64,000 nucleotides of DNA, from the NCBI GenBank assembly GCA_965243205.1, contig CBDEUK010000002.1, positions 352,001 through 416,000 on the forward strand. The letters run 5' to 3'. A program made the translations under genes and the position numbers. The notes under the pieces were generated by a model. That model was not told the DNA's origin. It saw only the letters and a list, made by a program, of their open reading frames with translations, and made no database searches. Below, piece by piece: positions 10,163 through 19,468 of this stretch (position 1 is the stretch's first letter; every line of letters starts with the position of its first letter). The DNA is from Gammaproteobacteria bacterium. GTDB taxonomy: Bacteria > Pseudomonadota > Gammaproteobacteria > Eutrophobiales > Eutrophobiaceae.

Positions 10163-11605
10163 ATGTTTCCTATAAAGTCTTCGTTAACCACTATTTTCTT
10201 CTTACTTATTTCTACGCCCGCGTTAGCAGCTGAGCCTGGTTATGACTTAACCACGCATTGGGTGGGATATTTTGCTATTGCGATTTTTGCCATAGCGTAT
10301 GTATTAGTGATGTGTGAAGAAGTAATTCATTTACCTAAATCTAAACCCGTCCTGATAGCCGCAGGTTTGATTTGGGGTGCGGTTGCTTGGGTCTATGCTG
10401 GGATGGGTAATGAACATGCAGCAGAGGAAGCCGCCAGACATAATATTTTAGAATTTGCTGAGTTAATGTTATTTCTGTTAGTGGCTATGACGTACATCAA
10501 TGCTATGGAAGAAAGAGGATTATTTGATCGACTTAGAGTAACGTTAGTCCGATCGGGTTTAAGTTTACGCTCATTGTTTTGGGTGACTGGCGCCCTAGCC
10601 TTTGTTATTTCACCAATAGCCGATAACTTAACGACAGCTTTATTAATGTGTGCTGTCGTCATGGCTGTAGGTGGTGAAATACCACGTTTTATTGGTCCTG
10701 CCTGTATTAATATTGTTGTTGCTGCGAATGCTGGTGGAGCGTTTAGTCCTTTTGGCGATATCACGACCTTAATGGTATGGCAAAAAGGCTTAATTGAATT
10801 TTCGGATTTCTTAACTTTATTTTTTCCTAGTTTGGTTAATTGGTTGGTACCTGCAGCCATCATGTCATTTGCTATTCCGCAAGAGCGCCCTACCGCAACT
10901 AGTGATTCTGTAGAAATGAAACGGGGTGCTAAACGTATTGTTTTATTATTTTTAGTGACGATTGCCTTGGCAGTAAGTTTTCATAACTTTGTTCATTTGC
11001 CGCCAGTAATGGGTATGTTGTTGGGTTTGGGATTGTTAAAAATGTTCAGTTATTACTTAGCGATGACTTTACCTGCCTCTTTGGAAAAGAAACGTCAGAA
11101 ATACATCGAGGAAGGTAATACAGAAGCCTTGCAACGTTTAGGTGATATTGTTGCGTTTGATGTTTTTCAAAGAATCGCACGTGCCGAATGGGATACCCTA
11201 TTTTTTTTCTATGGTGTGGTGTTATGCGTGGGCGGATTGGGATTCATTGGTTATTTAGAACTCGTAAGTGCGTTTATGTATGAGGATTTAGGTGCAACGA
11301 ATGCCAATATATTAGTCGGTATTCTTTCCGCGATCGTCGATAATATTCCTGTGATGTTTGCGGTATTAAGCATGTTGCCTGAAATGTCACAAGGTCAATG
11401 GTTACTCGTAACATTAACTGCCGGTGTTGGTGGTTCATTATTATCGATAGGTTCCGCTGCTGGTGTGGCTTTGATGGGCCAAGCGCGAGGCAAATATACT
11501 TTTTTTGGACATTTAAAATGGACTTGGGCTATTGCTTTAGGTTACGCCGCATCCATTGCTACACATCTATGGCTGAATGCCCCATTATTTGATGTACCAA
11601 TCTAA
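10163..11605 (+). CDS. nhaD: Na+/H+ antiporter NhaD
   Basis: ISPIADNLTT, ANAGGAFSPFGDITT, SAIVDNIP, GSAAGVALMG. Confidence 0.9.
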   Translation: MFPIKSSLTTIFFLLISTPALAAEPGYDLTTHWVGYFAIAIFAIAYVLVMCEEVIHLPKSKPVLIAAGLIWGAVAWVYAGMGNEHAAEEAARHNILEFAELMLFLLVAMTYINAMEERGLFDRLRVTLVRSGLSLRSLFWVTGALAFVISPIADNLTTALLMCAVVMAVGGEIPRFIGPACINIVVAANAGGAFSPFGDITTLMVWQKGLIEFSDFLTLFFPSLVNWLVPAAIMSFAIPQERPTATSDSVEMKRGAKRIVLLFLVTIALAVSFHNFVHLPPVMGMLLGLGLLKMFSYYLAMTLPASLEKKRQKYIEEGNTEALQRLGDIVAFDVFQRIARAEWDTLFFFYGVVLCVGGLGFIGYLELVSAFMYEDLGATNANILVGILSAIVDNIPVMFAVLSMLPEMSQGQWLLVTLTAGVGGSLLSIGSAAGVALMGQARGKYTFFGHLKWTWAIALGYAASIATHLWLNAPLFDVPI

Positions 11606-11624
11606 TCTATACTATCAAAAAACC

Positions 11625-12761
11625 TTATAGGTTCACTGCTGGTAATACTTTTTCCATGTTGGTATTAGTATTTTGGGTGAATTGATTATTAAAATTATTA
11701 ATCGATTTTGTGAAATGGTTTACTACTTCAGGATCGTAACGAGAACCTTCCTTTTCTATAATGAAATCCATTGCTTCTTTAGGAGTATGTTTCTTTTCAA
11801 AGTACAAACCTTTTTGTAATTCTATGTAGTCTATTGCTGGAACTAAAATTCGAGAATGTAAAGGTATATCATTACCAGATAAACCGTCAGGATAACCCTT
11901 ACCATCGTAACGTTCATACAGATGTCGAATGGTTTGTGAAACGGTTCCGAATGTAGGTATTGCTTGTAAAATGCTTTGTCCTTTAACAACTAAACTATCA
12001 AACTCTTGCTGTTGTTCAGTTGTTAAATGATTGTATGTCTTGCCTATAATTTCATCAGGCAATGCGATCATTCCAATATTATGAAGCATACCTGCAATAT
12101 AAATTTGTTTATGCTCTTCATCGTCTAATGTAAAGTTTTCAGCAATCTTGGATGCAATTTTAGCGGGTAGTATCGCTTCATCCAGAGGTTGTTTTAAACG
12201 CAGGCTTATCAATGCTGATAATAATGGCACCATCTCTTGTTTAGCTGACTCTGCTTGTTTTAAGTTGAATTCAAGCATACGAGTGATTTGCTCTAATTCA
12301 GAATGTTGTTGAGCAAATTTATTCTTAGTAGCTTCCAATTCATTTTGTAAATTAATGACTTGTCTTGAATCGTTATTACTACCAGGAAGATTTGTTAAAC
12401 CTTCATTTGAAATATTCATTAACTTTTTTACAGCATCTGATAAATCACTAGATTCACATGGCATGGTAATTAATTTATCAATGTTTAATGAATTCAATTT
12501 ATCGAAAAGATTCATGAAGTTTTCTTTGCTAATTAATCCAATCGAAGGAAACTTATCTTTGTGGTTTTCTATAAATTCAGTTGAAAAATTATTAGTAATG
12601 TCAAAAATAACTAGAAGCTCGGCAACACTATTATTCACAATAGCTTCAGCATCAGAACTATCTGAAAAAAACAATAGATCACCCAACCCTGAAACCTTTT
12701 CAGAGATTTCAGCAATAAGCTGATGATCTTTTGTGATAGAAATAATTTGCCTGAATGCCAT
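11625..12761 (-). CDS. Degenerate receiver + HD-GYP domain protein
   Basis: LHNIG (HD replaced by HN), HLYERYDGKGYP, IPL.SRI. Confidence 0.8.
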   Translation of the reverse strand: MAFRQIISITKDHQLIAEISEKVSGLGDLLFFSDSSDAEAIVNNSVAELLVIFDITNNFSTEFIENHKDKFPSIGLISKENFMNLFDKLNSLNIDKLITMPCESSDLSDAVKKLMNISNEGLTNLPGSNNDSRQVINLQNELEATKNKFAQQHSELEQITRMLEFNLKQAESAKQEMVPLLSALISLRLKQPLDEAILPAKIASKIAENFTLDDEEHKQIYIAGMLHNIGMIALPDEIIGKTYNHLTTEQQQEFDSLVVKGQSILQAIPTFGTVSQTIRHLYERYDGKGYPDGLSGNDIPLHSRILVPAIDYIELQKGLYFEKKHTPKEAMDFIIEKEGSRYDPEVVNHFTKSINNFNNQFTQNTNTNMEKVLPAVNL

Positions 12762-12783
12762 AAGTTCTCCTGATATAGCATTT

Positions 12784-12810
12784 TTATCGGCTGGTTCATG
12801 TATTACTTGA
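12784..12810 (-). promoter_or_regulatory. Sigma-28 (FliA)-type promoter for HD-GYP gene
   Basis: Minus strand TCAA-N15-GCCGATAA, ending about 22 nt upstream of the start codon. Confidence 0.7.
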
Positions 12811-12957
12811 TATTTTCATGTATTAATAATGTGTGCGATTAAAAAAATATATTTTATTTCAATGAGTTATTAAGTTATATTGAATTAATAGAAAACAATA
12901 CATATACAAAGAACACCAAGAAATCATCTTGCGCAACAGCGAAAGTTTTATTGCTAT

Positions 12958-12984
12958 TAAGGTATATGCAAATATTGCCGATTT
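12958..12984 (+). promoter_or_regulatory. Possible sigma-28 promoter
   Basis: TAAG-N15-GCCGATTT upstream of 13030 ORF. Confidence 0.5.
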
Positions 12985-13029
12985 AATTTTCTCTACTATC
13001 TCATTTATCTCATTCAGGATGAGACACCA

Positions 13030-13782
13030 TTGAACTCAATTAGATTATTCTTAACGTCTACACTAATATTTTTCTCAATTAACAGCTATGCGAAAATGTA
13101 TAAATGTATGGCTGAAGATGGTTCCATTACTTATTCTCAAACCGCTTGCAAAAATAATCAATCGACTGAAAAAGTTATGGGCGGAGGACAAAGTAATAAA
13201 CAAAAGCAAGAAGACTGCAAATATTCAGGACAGTTTGCACAATCAGTTGCTCAGCATATGCGTTCTGGTTCTGGCTCAGAACAAACGTTTAATCAATATG
13301 GTGGACTTGATGCACTTTCGAAAAGTAGCTTAGCGATCATTAATTATGTTTATAGTTATAAAAACAATCCTGATGTACCCATTAACCGTATCAGTTCTTT
13401 AACTATTGCAAAGTGCAATGCAAATTCATTTGGCTCGGTGCGTTGCGAAGATTTTCCGCAACAGTTTCAAAATAGTATTTTCAGTTGCGATGAAGAGCAA
13501 CAAAAGAATATGCAGCAAGAAATAATGCTTCGTGAGCAAATGAAAGAACAAGCACCATCCAACTACCCTGCTCAATTACCTGATGATACTAGTAAATCAT
13601 CTGATAAAAAAACGACTAAACAAAATGAAAAACAACGTATTGCTGATTGTAAAAAAGAATACGATGAAAAAATTGAAAGAATCGATGACAAATTGAGGCA
13701 ATCATATACAGCTGATGAAGGCGAACAATTAAGAGCACAAAGAAGAAATTTAAATGCTCAGCGGTATTCGGAATGCCGTTAA
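13030..13782 (+). CDS. Secreted DUF4124-domain protein
   Basis: Signal peptide then MYKC..EDGSITYSQTAC. Confidence 0.75.
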   Translation: MNSIRLFLTSTLIFFSINSYAKMYKCMAEDGSITYSQTACKNNQSTEKVMGGGQSNKQKQEDCKYSGQFAQSVAQHMRSGSGSEQTFNQYGGLDALSKSSLAIINYVYSYKNNPDVPINRISSLTIAKCNANSFGSVRCEDFPQQFQNSIFSCDEEQQKNMQQEIMLREQMKEQAPSNYPAQLPDDTSKSSDKKTTKQNEKQRIADCKKEYDEKIERIDDKLRQSYTADEGEQLRAQRRNLNAQRYSECR

Positions 13783-13877
13783 TGATTTAGGAAATATGAG
13801 AACTATCATGTATTTCATAAATCTGTAACAATAAAGGTTTATTTTTGTATATGTTAAAGGGAATAAAGGAATTAATA

Positions 13878-14891
13878 ATGAATATGATTAGATATACAGC
13901 AACAATATTTTGCTGTTCTTTAGTTTTTTTACCAACTATGTGTTTGGCAAACTGGGGAGAAGATTGGGGGCAATTCCAATGGTTTGGTTCTACAACTTCG
14001 ACAACAATTGTTCCAACTATCAGTTTTGTTGGGTTAATAATGTTGTTTCTATTGATAATTCGATTTAATAATTCGATTCAAAAAAAATCTAAAGTTATTG
14101 CTAGCTTTGCAGTATGTTTAATACTAATTCCTATGGTTGCCGTCAGTGTTACCTTACCTCATGTTTTTGTAAATGGTGAGACTGCAGATGCAAATGAGGT
14201 AAATGATAATTTTAACACCCTATCAACAGCAATTGATAATATCCCAGCTGGTCCAGAAGGACCACAAGGACCTGCCGGTGCTCAAGGCCCTATTGGACCA
14301 ATGGGTTTGGTTGGTCCTCAAGGTGCCCAAGGGCCTCAAGGAGTCCCTGGTGAACAAGGTTTGCAAGGTCCACAAGGAATTCCAGGTTCTCAAGGACCTC
14401 AAGGTTTCCAAGGACCTCCTGGGTCTGGCCTAGGTGTAGGTGAAATATGTCCATATGGAGACGTTACTTTTTCTGAACCCATTACAGGTGAAATACCATT
14501 AGATACAATTGATTTATCTATAGCACCTACTTCATTTTGTCAGATAGGTATTAGTTCAAGTACAAATACCTGTATAGAAACACGATTTATAGGAACAGAT
14601 AGTAATGGTGTTGGTTTATGTTCGTGGGGACAAGTACCTGTTCCAGGTACTTATAAATCTTTTACTGCATATTCTTCTAAATCGTTTGAACTAAGTTATA
14701 GTAATAGTTTTGGAACAGGAACTGTAATGATTGGTGTTTTCAGGACATTTCCTGGAACATATGGGTTTACATTTTATGGGGCTTCATATGGCTATACATC
14801 ATCTATATTATCTCCTGTCATAGTTAATAGTGATGATGCTACTTTATATGCATCTGAAAAAATAGAAAAAATATTAGGCAAACATTTGTAA
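13878..14891 (+). CDS. Collagen-like surface protein with internal IPTL-CTERM-like sorting motif
   Basis: SD AAGGA before ATG 13878; signal peptide, [26 protein letters not shown], second hydrophobic segment, [10 protein letters not shown], 19 G-X-Y triplets. Confidence 0.7.
   Translation: MNMIRYTATIFCCSLVFLPTMCLANWGEDWGQFQWFGSTTSTTIVPTISFVGLIMLFLLIIRFNNSIQKKSKVIASFAVCLILIPMVAVSVTLPHVFVNGETADANEVNDNFNTLSTAIDNIPAGPEGPQGPAGAQGPIGPMGLVGPQGAQGPQGVPGEQGLQGPQGIPGSQGPQGFQGPPGSGLGVGEICPYGDVTFSEPITGEIPLDTIDLSIAPTSFCQIGISSSTNTCIETRFIGTDSNGVGLCSWGQVPVPGTYKSFTAYSSKSFELSYSNSFGTGTVMIGVFRTFPGTYGFTFYGASYGYTSSILSPVIVNSDDATLYASEKIEKILGKHL
14250..14420 (+). repeat. Collagen Gly-X-Y repeat (19 triplets)
   Basis: [12 protein letters not shown] ... 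GFQ GPP. Confidence 0.95.
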
Positions 14892-14907
14892 ATTATTAAT
14901 TATCAGA

Positions 14908-16845
14908 TTGAATAGAAAAATATTTCCTCATTTATTTGATCTGGTAATTCTCTTAGCCTGTGTTATATCTTTACTGGCTATAATATCTGCTTCATTTATG
15001 CCCCATTATGGTTTATGGGTGCAAAGTGAAATTGTTTTATTAATCTTTCATACAGCATCAGCGATTTGTGCAATCGGCTTAATTGGTTGTGTTTATAGTT
15101 TAGAGCACAACAGTAACAATATTAAATTAACTCTACCGGCAGTATTTGCATTAAGTATATTTATACTAAGTTTATTAAGCTTACCATTTAGAGAATTTCC
15201 AATATTACACTTATGGGGTTTGCCTGAACATGGAGAAGGTGCTCTTTTATATTTATCTGTTTTTATAATAATTATTGGTTTTTTTTATTCGAACCAAAAA
15301 GAATGGATGAGGATGTTTTTAGAAATTACGCTTACAGTATTAATCTTCTTCTTAGCATTTGTTACAACGTTTAATAATATTTCAATAGAAAAATTTGATA
15401 CTATATTATTCCCCCCATATTTTTTTAGAGACTACTTAGCTTTTTTTTCATTATTTGGAATATATGTTTCGTTAAATAACTTTAAAGAAAATAAAATTTT
15501 ATTTTACATGTTATTTTCTGCATCAATATATTTGTTAGTTATTAGTGAAAATTTAAGTGCACAGATAACAATTCCTATTGTAGCAATCATTTGTTTTTTA
15601 ACAAAAAAAAGCTTGAATTATGCAGCGCTTAGGCCACCTTTGCTCTATGGATTAGGTTTTTTTTTAATAATTTCTATTTTTTTATTTTCGTTTGTTTTTT
15701 CGAACGCTATTTCTGTAACCTCCAGTTTTGGATCAAGAATCCATTTGCATTTGATATGGTATGAAGCAATAACGAATAATATATTAAATTTTTTAGGTGG
15801 CTATGGTTTTGGAAATTATGAAGAATTATTAATCCTATATTCAAATCAAACCGGCATTGCAACATATTCATCAGGAGAATTACCTTTTTGGGATACATAT
15901 AGGCGTGTGGATTTTAGTTCGCATAATGCTTTTTTGGATATTTTTGGTTCGACAGGCATATTTGGTTTTTTTCTATACAGTATGTTCTTTATGAGCACGT
16001 TTCTTTTAAGACCAATCAAAGCAATCAATGTTTTTATGTGTGTTTCTGTAATTATTTTATCTTCAATGTGGTTTTTAATGCCCGGAGTAATGGCAGTATT
16101 TGCATATTGCCTAACGTTAAGAAATGACACAAATTATAATGTAATCAATTTATCTAAAAAAAGCCTTCTTTATCTATTTTTAAGTTCAGCAATTTGCATA
16201 GTTTCAGTTATATATTTATCAGTAAAGCCCGCTATAGAGATAAAAAACTATCAACAGAATAAAATATCAGACTTAAAAAAATGTCACTCAATATTTAAAG
16301 ATGAAAAATTTGGAGGTTATTACACAGCTAAATTATTAAGAAGTGCATTTAACCTCGAAGGAACGAATGTTGTTAAAAATTATGAGCAATATCAAGCTGA
16401 TAATTTTTATTGTTTATTTTTATCTTCTGAGACTCAGTTAAATCACTCGCCATCTTTAATGCTTTTAGTATCTAATCTTTCAGTTAGATCTGATCTGTTA
16501 ATTCATTCAGAAAATTACCCTGGTTGGAAAACATTGCAAAACAAAATCGCAACAAACTGGGATAAACGAATTATTCAATTAGTAGATATAGCTCCACAGA
16601 GGCATGATTTATTAATTCCATATTTAACATGGAAAATTTCTAAAAAAGATTTTAAGGAATCAATGAATGTTATTGAATATTCTTTAAAGAAAAGCCCTGA
16701 TAATGCTATAGGCCTATGGTTTAAAGGAGTCATTGGATTAGAAACAGGTTCGAATAAAAAAGAATCAATTAAATATCTTAAAAAAGCTCTTATTAATGGC
16801 GTAGAAAGATTTTTGCACATATCTAATGAACTAAAATTAAAATAA
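14908..16845 (+). CDS. O-antigen ligase/O-oligosaccharyltransferase-like (Wzy_C) membrane protein with C-terminal TPR-like region
   Basis: Many TMs, GSRIHLH..W, GYGFGNY, SSHNAFLDIFGSTGIFG; TPR-like SLKKSPDNAIGLWFKG. Confidence 0.7.
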   Translation: MNRKIFPHLFDLVILLACVISLLAIISASFMPHYGLWVQSEIVLLIFHTASAICAIGLIGCVYSLEHNSNNIKLTLPAVFALSIFILSLLSLPFREFPILHLWGLPEHGEGALLYLSVFIIIIGFFYSNQKEWMRMFLEITLTVLIFFLAFVTTFNNISIEKFDTILFPPYFFRDYLAFFSLFGIYVSLNNFKENKILFYMLFSASIYLLVISENLSAQITIPIVAIICFLTKKSLNYAALRPPLLYGLGFFLIISIFLFSFVFSNAISVTSSFGSRIHLHLIWYEAITNNILNFLGGYGFGNYEELLILYSNQTGIATYSSGELPFWDTYRRVDFSSHNAFLDIFGSTGIFGFFLYSMFFMSTFLLRPIKAINVFMCVSVIILSSMWFLMPGVMAVFAYCLTLRNDTNYNVINLSKKSLLYLFLSSAICIVSVIYLSVKPAIEIKNYQQNKISDLKKCHSIFKDEKFGGYYTAKLLRSAFNLEGTNVVKNYEQYQADNFYCLFLSSETQLNHSPSLMLLVSNLSVRSDLLIHSENYPGWKTLQNKIATNWDKRIIQLVDIAPQRHDLLIPYLTWKISKKDFKESMNVIEYSLKKSPDNAIGLWFKGVIGLETGSNKKESIKYLKKALINGVERFLHISNELKLK

Positions 16846-16865
16846 ATTCATCTCAATGAATAATA

Positions 16866-16883
16866 AATGGTGCTGGGCTGTAC
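16866..16883 (-). mobile_element. Degenerate att duplication of the tRNA-Leu 3' end (outer copy)
   Basis: aatggtgctgggctgtac resembles aatggtgccgggccgcat (18582) and aatggtgcccggggccg (tRNA-Leu 3' end, 35839). Confidence 0.45.
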
Positions 16884-17043
16884 TAAAATACATATTATAT
16901 AATATAATCTATTAATATTATTGACATATTTAAATTTCAATAATAATTAATACGCCCAATTGAGTTAGTGTATTACATGTTAGTATTTTTAGCAGATCTA
17001 TGACTAAAAATGTGTCTTTTTTGAGTTTTCTTTTCAAGTATTC

Positions 17044-17098
17044 GAATAAAACTTGTCTGTCTACCGCTAATGCGGTCGACAGAATTCAAACGTTAAGT
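17044..17098 (+). mobile_element. Integron attC-like site (left core degenerate)
   Basis: ctgtc-t-accgc-taat-gcggt-c-gacag-aattcaaac-GTTAAGT; same layout as attC at 34975. Confidence 0.65.
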
Positions 17099-17135
17099 TT
17101 GTTGTAAATTAGAATATAAGCTGTAAATTTAAAGC

Positions 17136-17330
17136 ATGATTATCGAAAGGATAGTAGCAATTATATTTAGCTCAATTGGGATTTATCATCTGTTAAAAGA
17201 TCCCTCTGATGGGCTTTGGTGGCTCTGGACAATAGTGTGTTTTTTTAGCTTCTTATTTCCAAGTAACAATAATTCTAAGTCTCCTAATTTTGGGGTAGAA
17301 TTTAGTGATGATTCTGATGGTGGCGATTAA
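17136..17330 (+). CDS. Small hypothetical membrane protein (cassette-like)
   Basis: 64 aa, two hydrophobic segments, acidic tail; follows attC-like site. Confidence 0.55.
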   Translation: MIIERIVAIIFSSIGIYHLLKDPSDGLWWLWTIVCFFSFLFPSNNNSKSPNFGVEFSDDSDGGD

Positions 17331-17355
17331 ATCTTTTTCTTATGAATAAACCAAT

Positions 17356-17694
17356 ATGAACAAATTCATTGCTATCCTTTTTGCATGCTCTTGTTTTCTT
17401 ACATCTTATATGTCTGCCAACATTTTGGGCATAGGCATGTGGTTTTGGATCATTATTATTACAGGTGTCTTTGTAGCAGCAAGCCAGTTTCATAAATCAC
17501 TTATTACCCTTGGTTCAATTGCCGCAATTTTGCTTGGTGTAATATCTATACTAGCAATATTATTAGGTTTATTGGCTGCAACAATTGGAGGTTCATTCAG
17601 GCTTAATAACCAAGAGGCAATATTATTATTTTCGTTTTTTCTAATTGCTGTATTTGGTTTTACTTTAATTATAGCAAACAGGAATCAACGTTGA
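17356..17694 (+). CDS. Hypothetical 4-TM membrane protein
   Basis: 112 aa, strongly hydrophobic. Confidence 0.7.
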   Translation: MNKFIAILFACSCFLTSYMSANILGIGMWFWIIIITGVFVAASQFHKSLITLGSIAAILLGVISILAILLGLLAATIGGSFRLNNQEAILLFSFFLIAVFGFTLIIANRNQR

Positions 17695-17806
17695 ATATTA
17701 TCTTTAAAGATAATATCTCTACGCATAAGAAGTCATTTCTAACGGCCTCTAAAAGTAGAGATGGAATAAATAGTACCAAACTAAAAATAATGATGATGAT
17801 TAATCT

Positions 17807-18130
17807 ATGAAACCTAATACCTGGTTTTGGATGCCTATTGTTGTTGTAATATGTTCCATAATTATATTATCTATTAATAAGTCCCCTGGTTTAGATGGGG
17901 CTGCTATGTCATTAGTATTAGTTTTCTGGTTTTTACCAACCATTATTTTTCTAATTTTTAAGATTGTTTCAAATCTAAAAGAAATAAGCTTTTCAAAAAC
18001 ACAAAAAATATTAATATTTACTATTTGGATAGTGCCTTCGATACCATTAAGTATTATGTCTTTAATGGGGATAATGATTCTTTCGGAAGTAAGCTTTGGT
18101 CTATTGGTTCGAAGTCTAGGATTTCATTAA
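17807..18130 (+). CDS. Hypothetical 3-TM membrane protein
   Basis: 107 aa, hydrophobic. Confidence 0.65.
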   Translation: MKPNTWFWMPIVVVICSIIILSINKSPGLDGAAMSLVLVFWFLPTIIFLIFKIVSNLKEISFSKTQKILIFTIWIVPSIPLSIMSLMGIMILSEVSFGLLVRSLGFH

Positions 18131-18331
18131 ACAATAATAATCAAAGGCCACTGTTTGAATTTTTTCTGGCGGAGGCACTTTAATTACATATAATCTCACT
18201 CCATCAACCCATTCTCTACAACCCCAAGAGTATTCCTTAATCTCTCCTGTAGAATTATCTAGAATAGGCAAAGCAGTGCCAGTCGTATTCCAACGAGTTT
18301 CAGTACCTTTTAATTTAATGGCTACACATAT
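18127..18331 (-). pseudogene. Internally deleted, frameshifted remnant of a SRAP-like gene
   Basis: (I)CVAIK...LPIL...SWGCR then RLYVIKVPPPE, frameshift in A6 run to KFKQWPLIIIV*; matches remnants at 33990 and 35760. Confidence 0.45.
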
Positions 18332-18580
18332 ACTGAAAAGTATATACAAAAAGTCGAGAATTAACTGGGCTACGTTTGGAACTATGAGAGAAACCTTAGT
18401 GTTTTCTTCTGAAACCTAAGAGACCAAAAACCGTCTTTTCCTTCTATTAGGGATGATGATAGTTGCTAGTAGATAGCTATATATAACAGTATTTAGAAAT
18501 CCCTATTTTTATAGCTTAAAATTAAGAAAAATAGATAATTCTGGGGTTTAGTAAAAACGTAAAGAGTTTAGAGATTAAAG

Positions 18581-18677
18581 TAATGGTGCCGGGCCGCATC
18601 CAGAATTTTAGATTAAATCATTGATATTAAATATTTTTAGGTATATTTATGTTAAGTAATACCCCAAATCATACCCC
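18581..18677 (-). mobile_element. att duplication of tRNA-Leu 3' end plus integrase arm-type direct repeats
   Basis: taatggtgccgggccg vs taatggtgcccggggccg at 35838; ATACCCC repeats at 18659 and 18671. Confidence 0.65.
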
Positions 18678-18717
18678 ATTTAAATTTATGTGTTTCAGTA
18701 ACTACTATAAAGCTTAA

Positions 18718-19029
18718 TTACGATTTTATTTCATATCCTAAAGGAAACCAAACCCCTCTTTTCGTGACATCACCCATATTATTCAGTACGTGGTTATTGT
18801 CTAAAGTGGACACATCTATATCTTCTATAATATATGCTATATGTGGTATGCAGGTATCCTCAAAAACGATCTCATTAATTAGATTAATAGCATCCGCATA
18901 ACTATAAGCACTTATACCACAGCCATGCTGCGTACCTATTGGCATACTATTAGATTCTAAATTTTTAAAATCAAACCAGTATCTTTTTAGATGAGGAGGT
19001 GGCTTTGTATTAAATACAGAGTTCAGCAT
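18718..19029 (-). CDS. Hypothetical protein, putative (orphan) immunity protein
   Basis: RYWF..GCGISAYS..DA..EDIDVSTLD.NHVL.NMG...RGVWFP; last gene of toxin operon. Confidence 0.6.
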   Translation of the reverse strand: MLNSVFNTKPPPHLKRYWFDFKNLESNSMPIGTQHGCGISAYSYADAINLINEIVFEDTCIPHIAYIIEDIDVSTLDNNHVLNNMGDVTKRGVWFPLGYEIKS

Positions 19030-19450
19030 AACTTATTTTGCCTAATGATTCTTCTGCATCTAAATAAGCTGTAATTTCATTATATTCATTGCTACTATCA
19101 ACTGAAACAGCCAGCATATTAAAACCATCAAACTCGCCATATTCACAATAACAATCTTTTTCTTTTAAATATTCATAAATTTTATTTTTACATTCATCAT
19201 GAATAAATATAATTGAAATAGATTTATTGCCACTTGGAGTGATTACATTTTCAAAAATATAATTATGATCATGTTCATCCTTGCTACAGGAAATAATATC
19301 TCCAACCGCAACACACTCAGCAAAAAAAGGTGTATTGTCTAATTCAATTTTACCATCATCTCGTAAACGGGCATTTAATGTCTCGATAGCTATAGGAGGA
19401 AAACCATCTTCTATAATTTCTAGCTCAAAATTTACTTTAATGTTACCCAT
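19010..19450 (-). CDS. DUF4265-like putative immunity protein
   Basis: E.LNA...LDNTPFFAECVAVGDII...SGNKSI; directly downstream of toxin; acidic. Confidence 0.7.
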   Translation of the reverse strand: MGNIKVNFELEIIEDGFPPIAIETLNARLRDDGKIELDNTPFFAECVAVGDIISCSKDEHDHNYIFENVITPSGNKSISIIFIHDECKNKIYEYLKEKDCYCEYGEFDGFNMLAVSVDSSNEYNEITAYLDAEESLGKISYAELCI

Positions 19451-19468
19451 TAACTATAATCTCTTAGC

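Noticed and set aside
9939-10175. 78-aa ORF upstream of nhaD
   Set aside because: GTG start, no motif; region is better explained as regulatory or ncRNA
18330-18350. LexA box before the SRAP-like remnant
   Set aside because: TTG-N11-CAG does not fit CTG-N10-CAG; too degenerate to call
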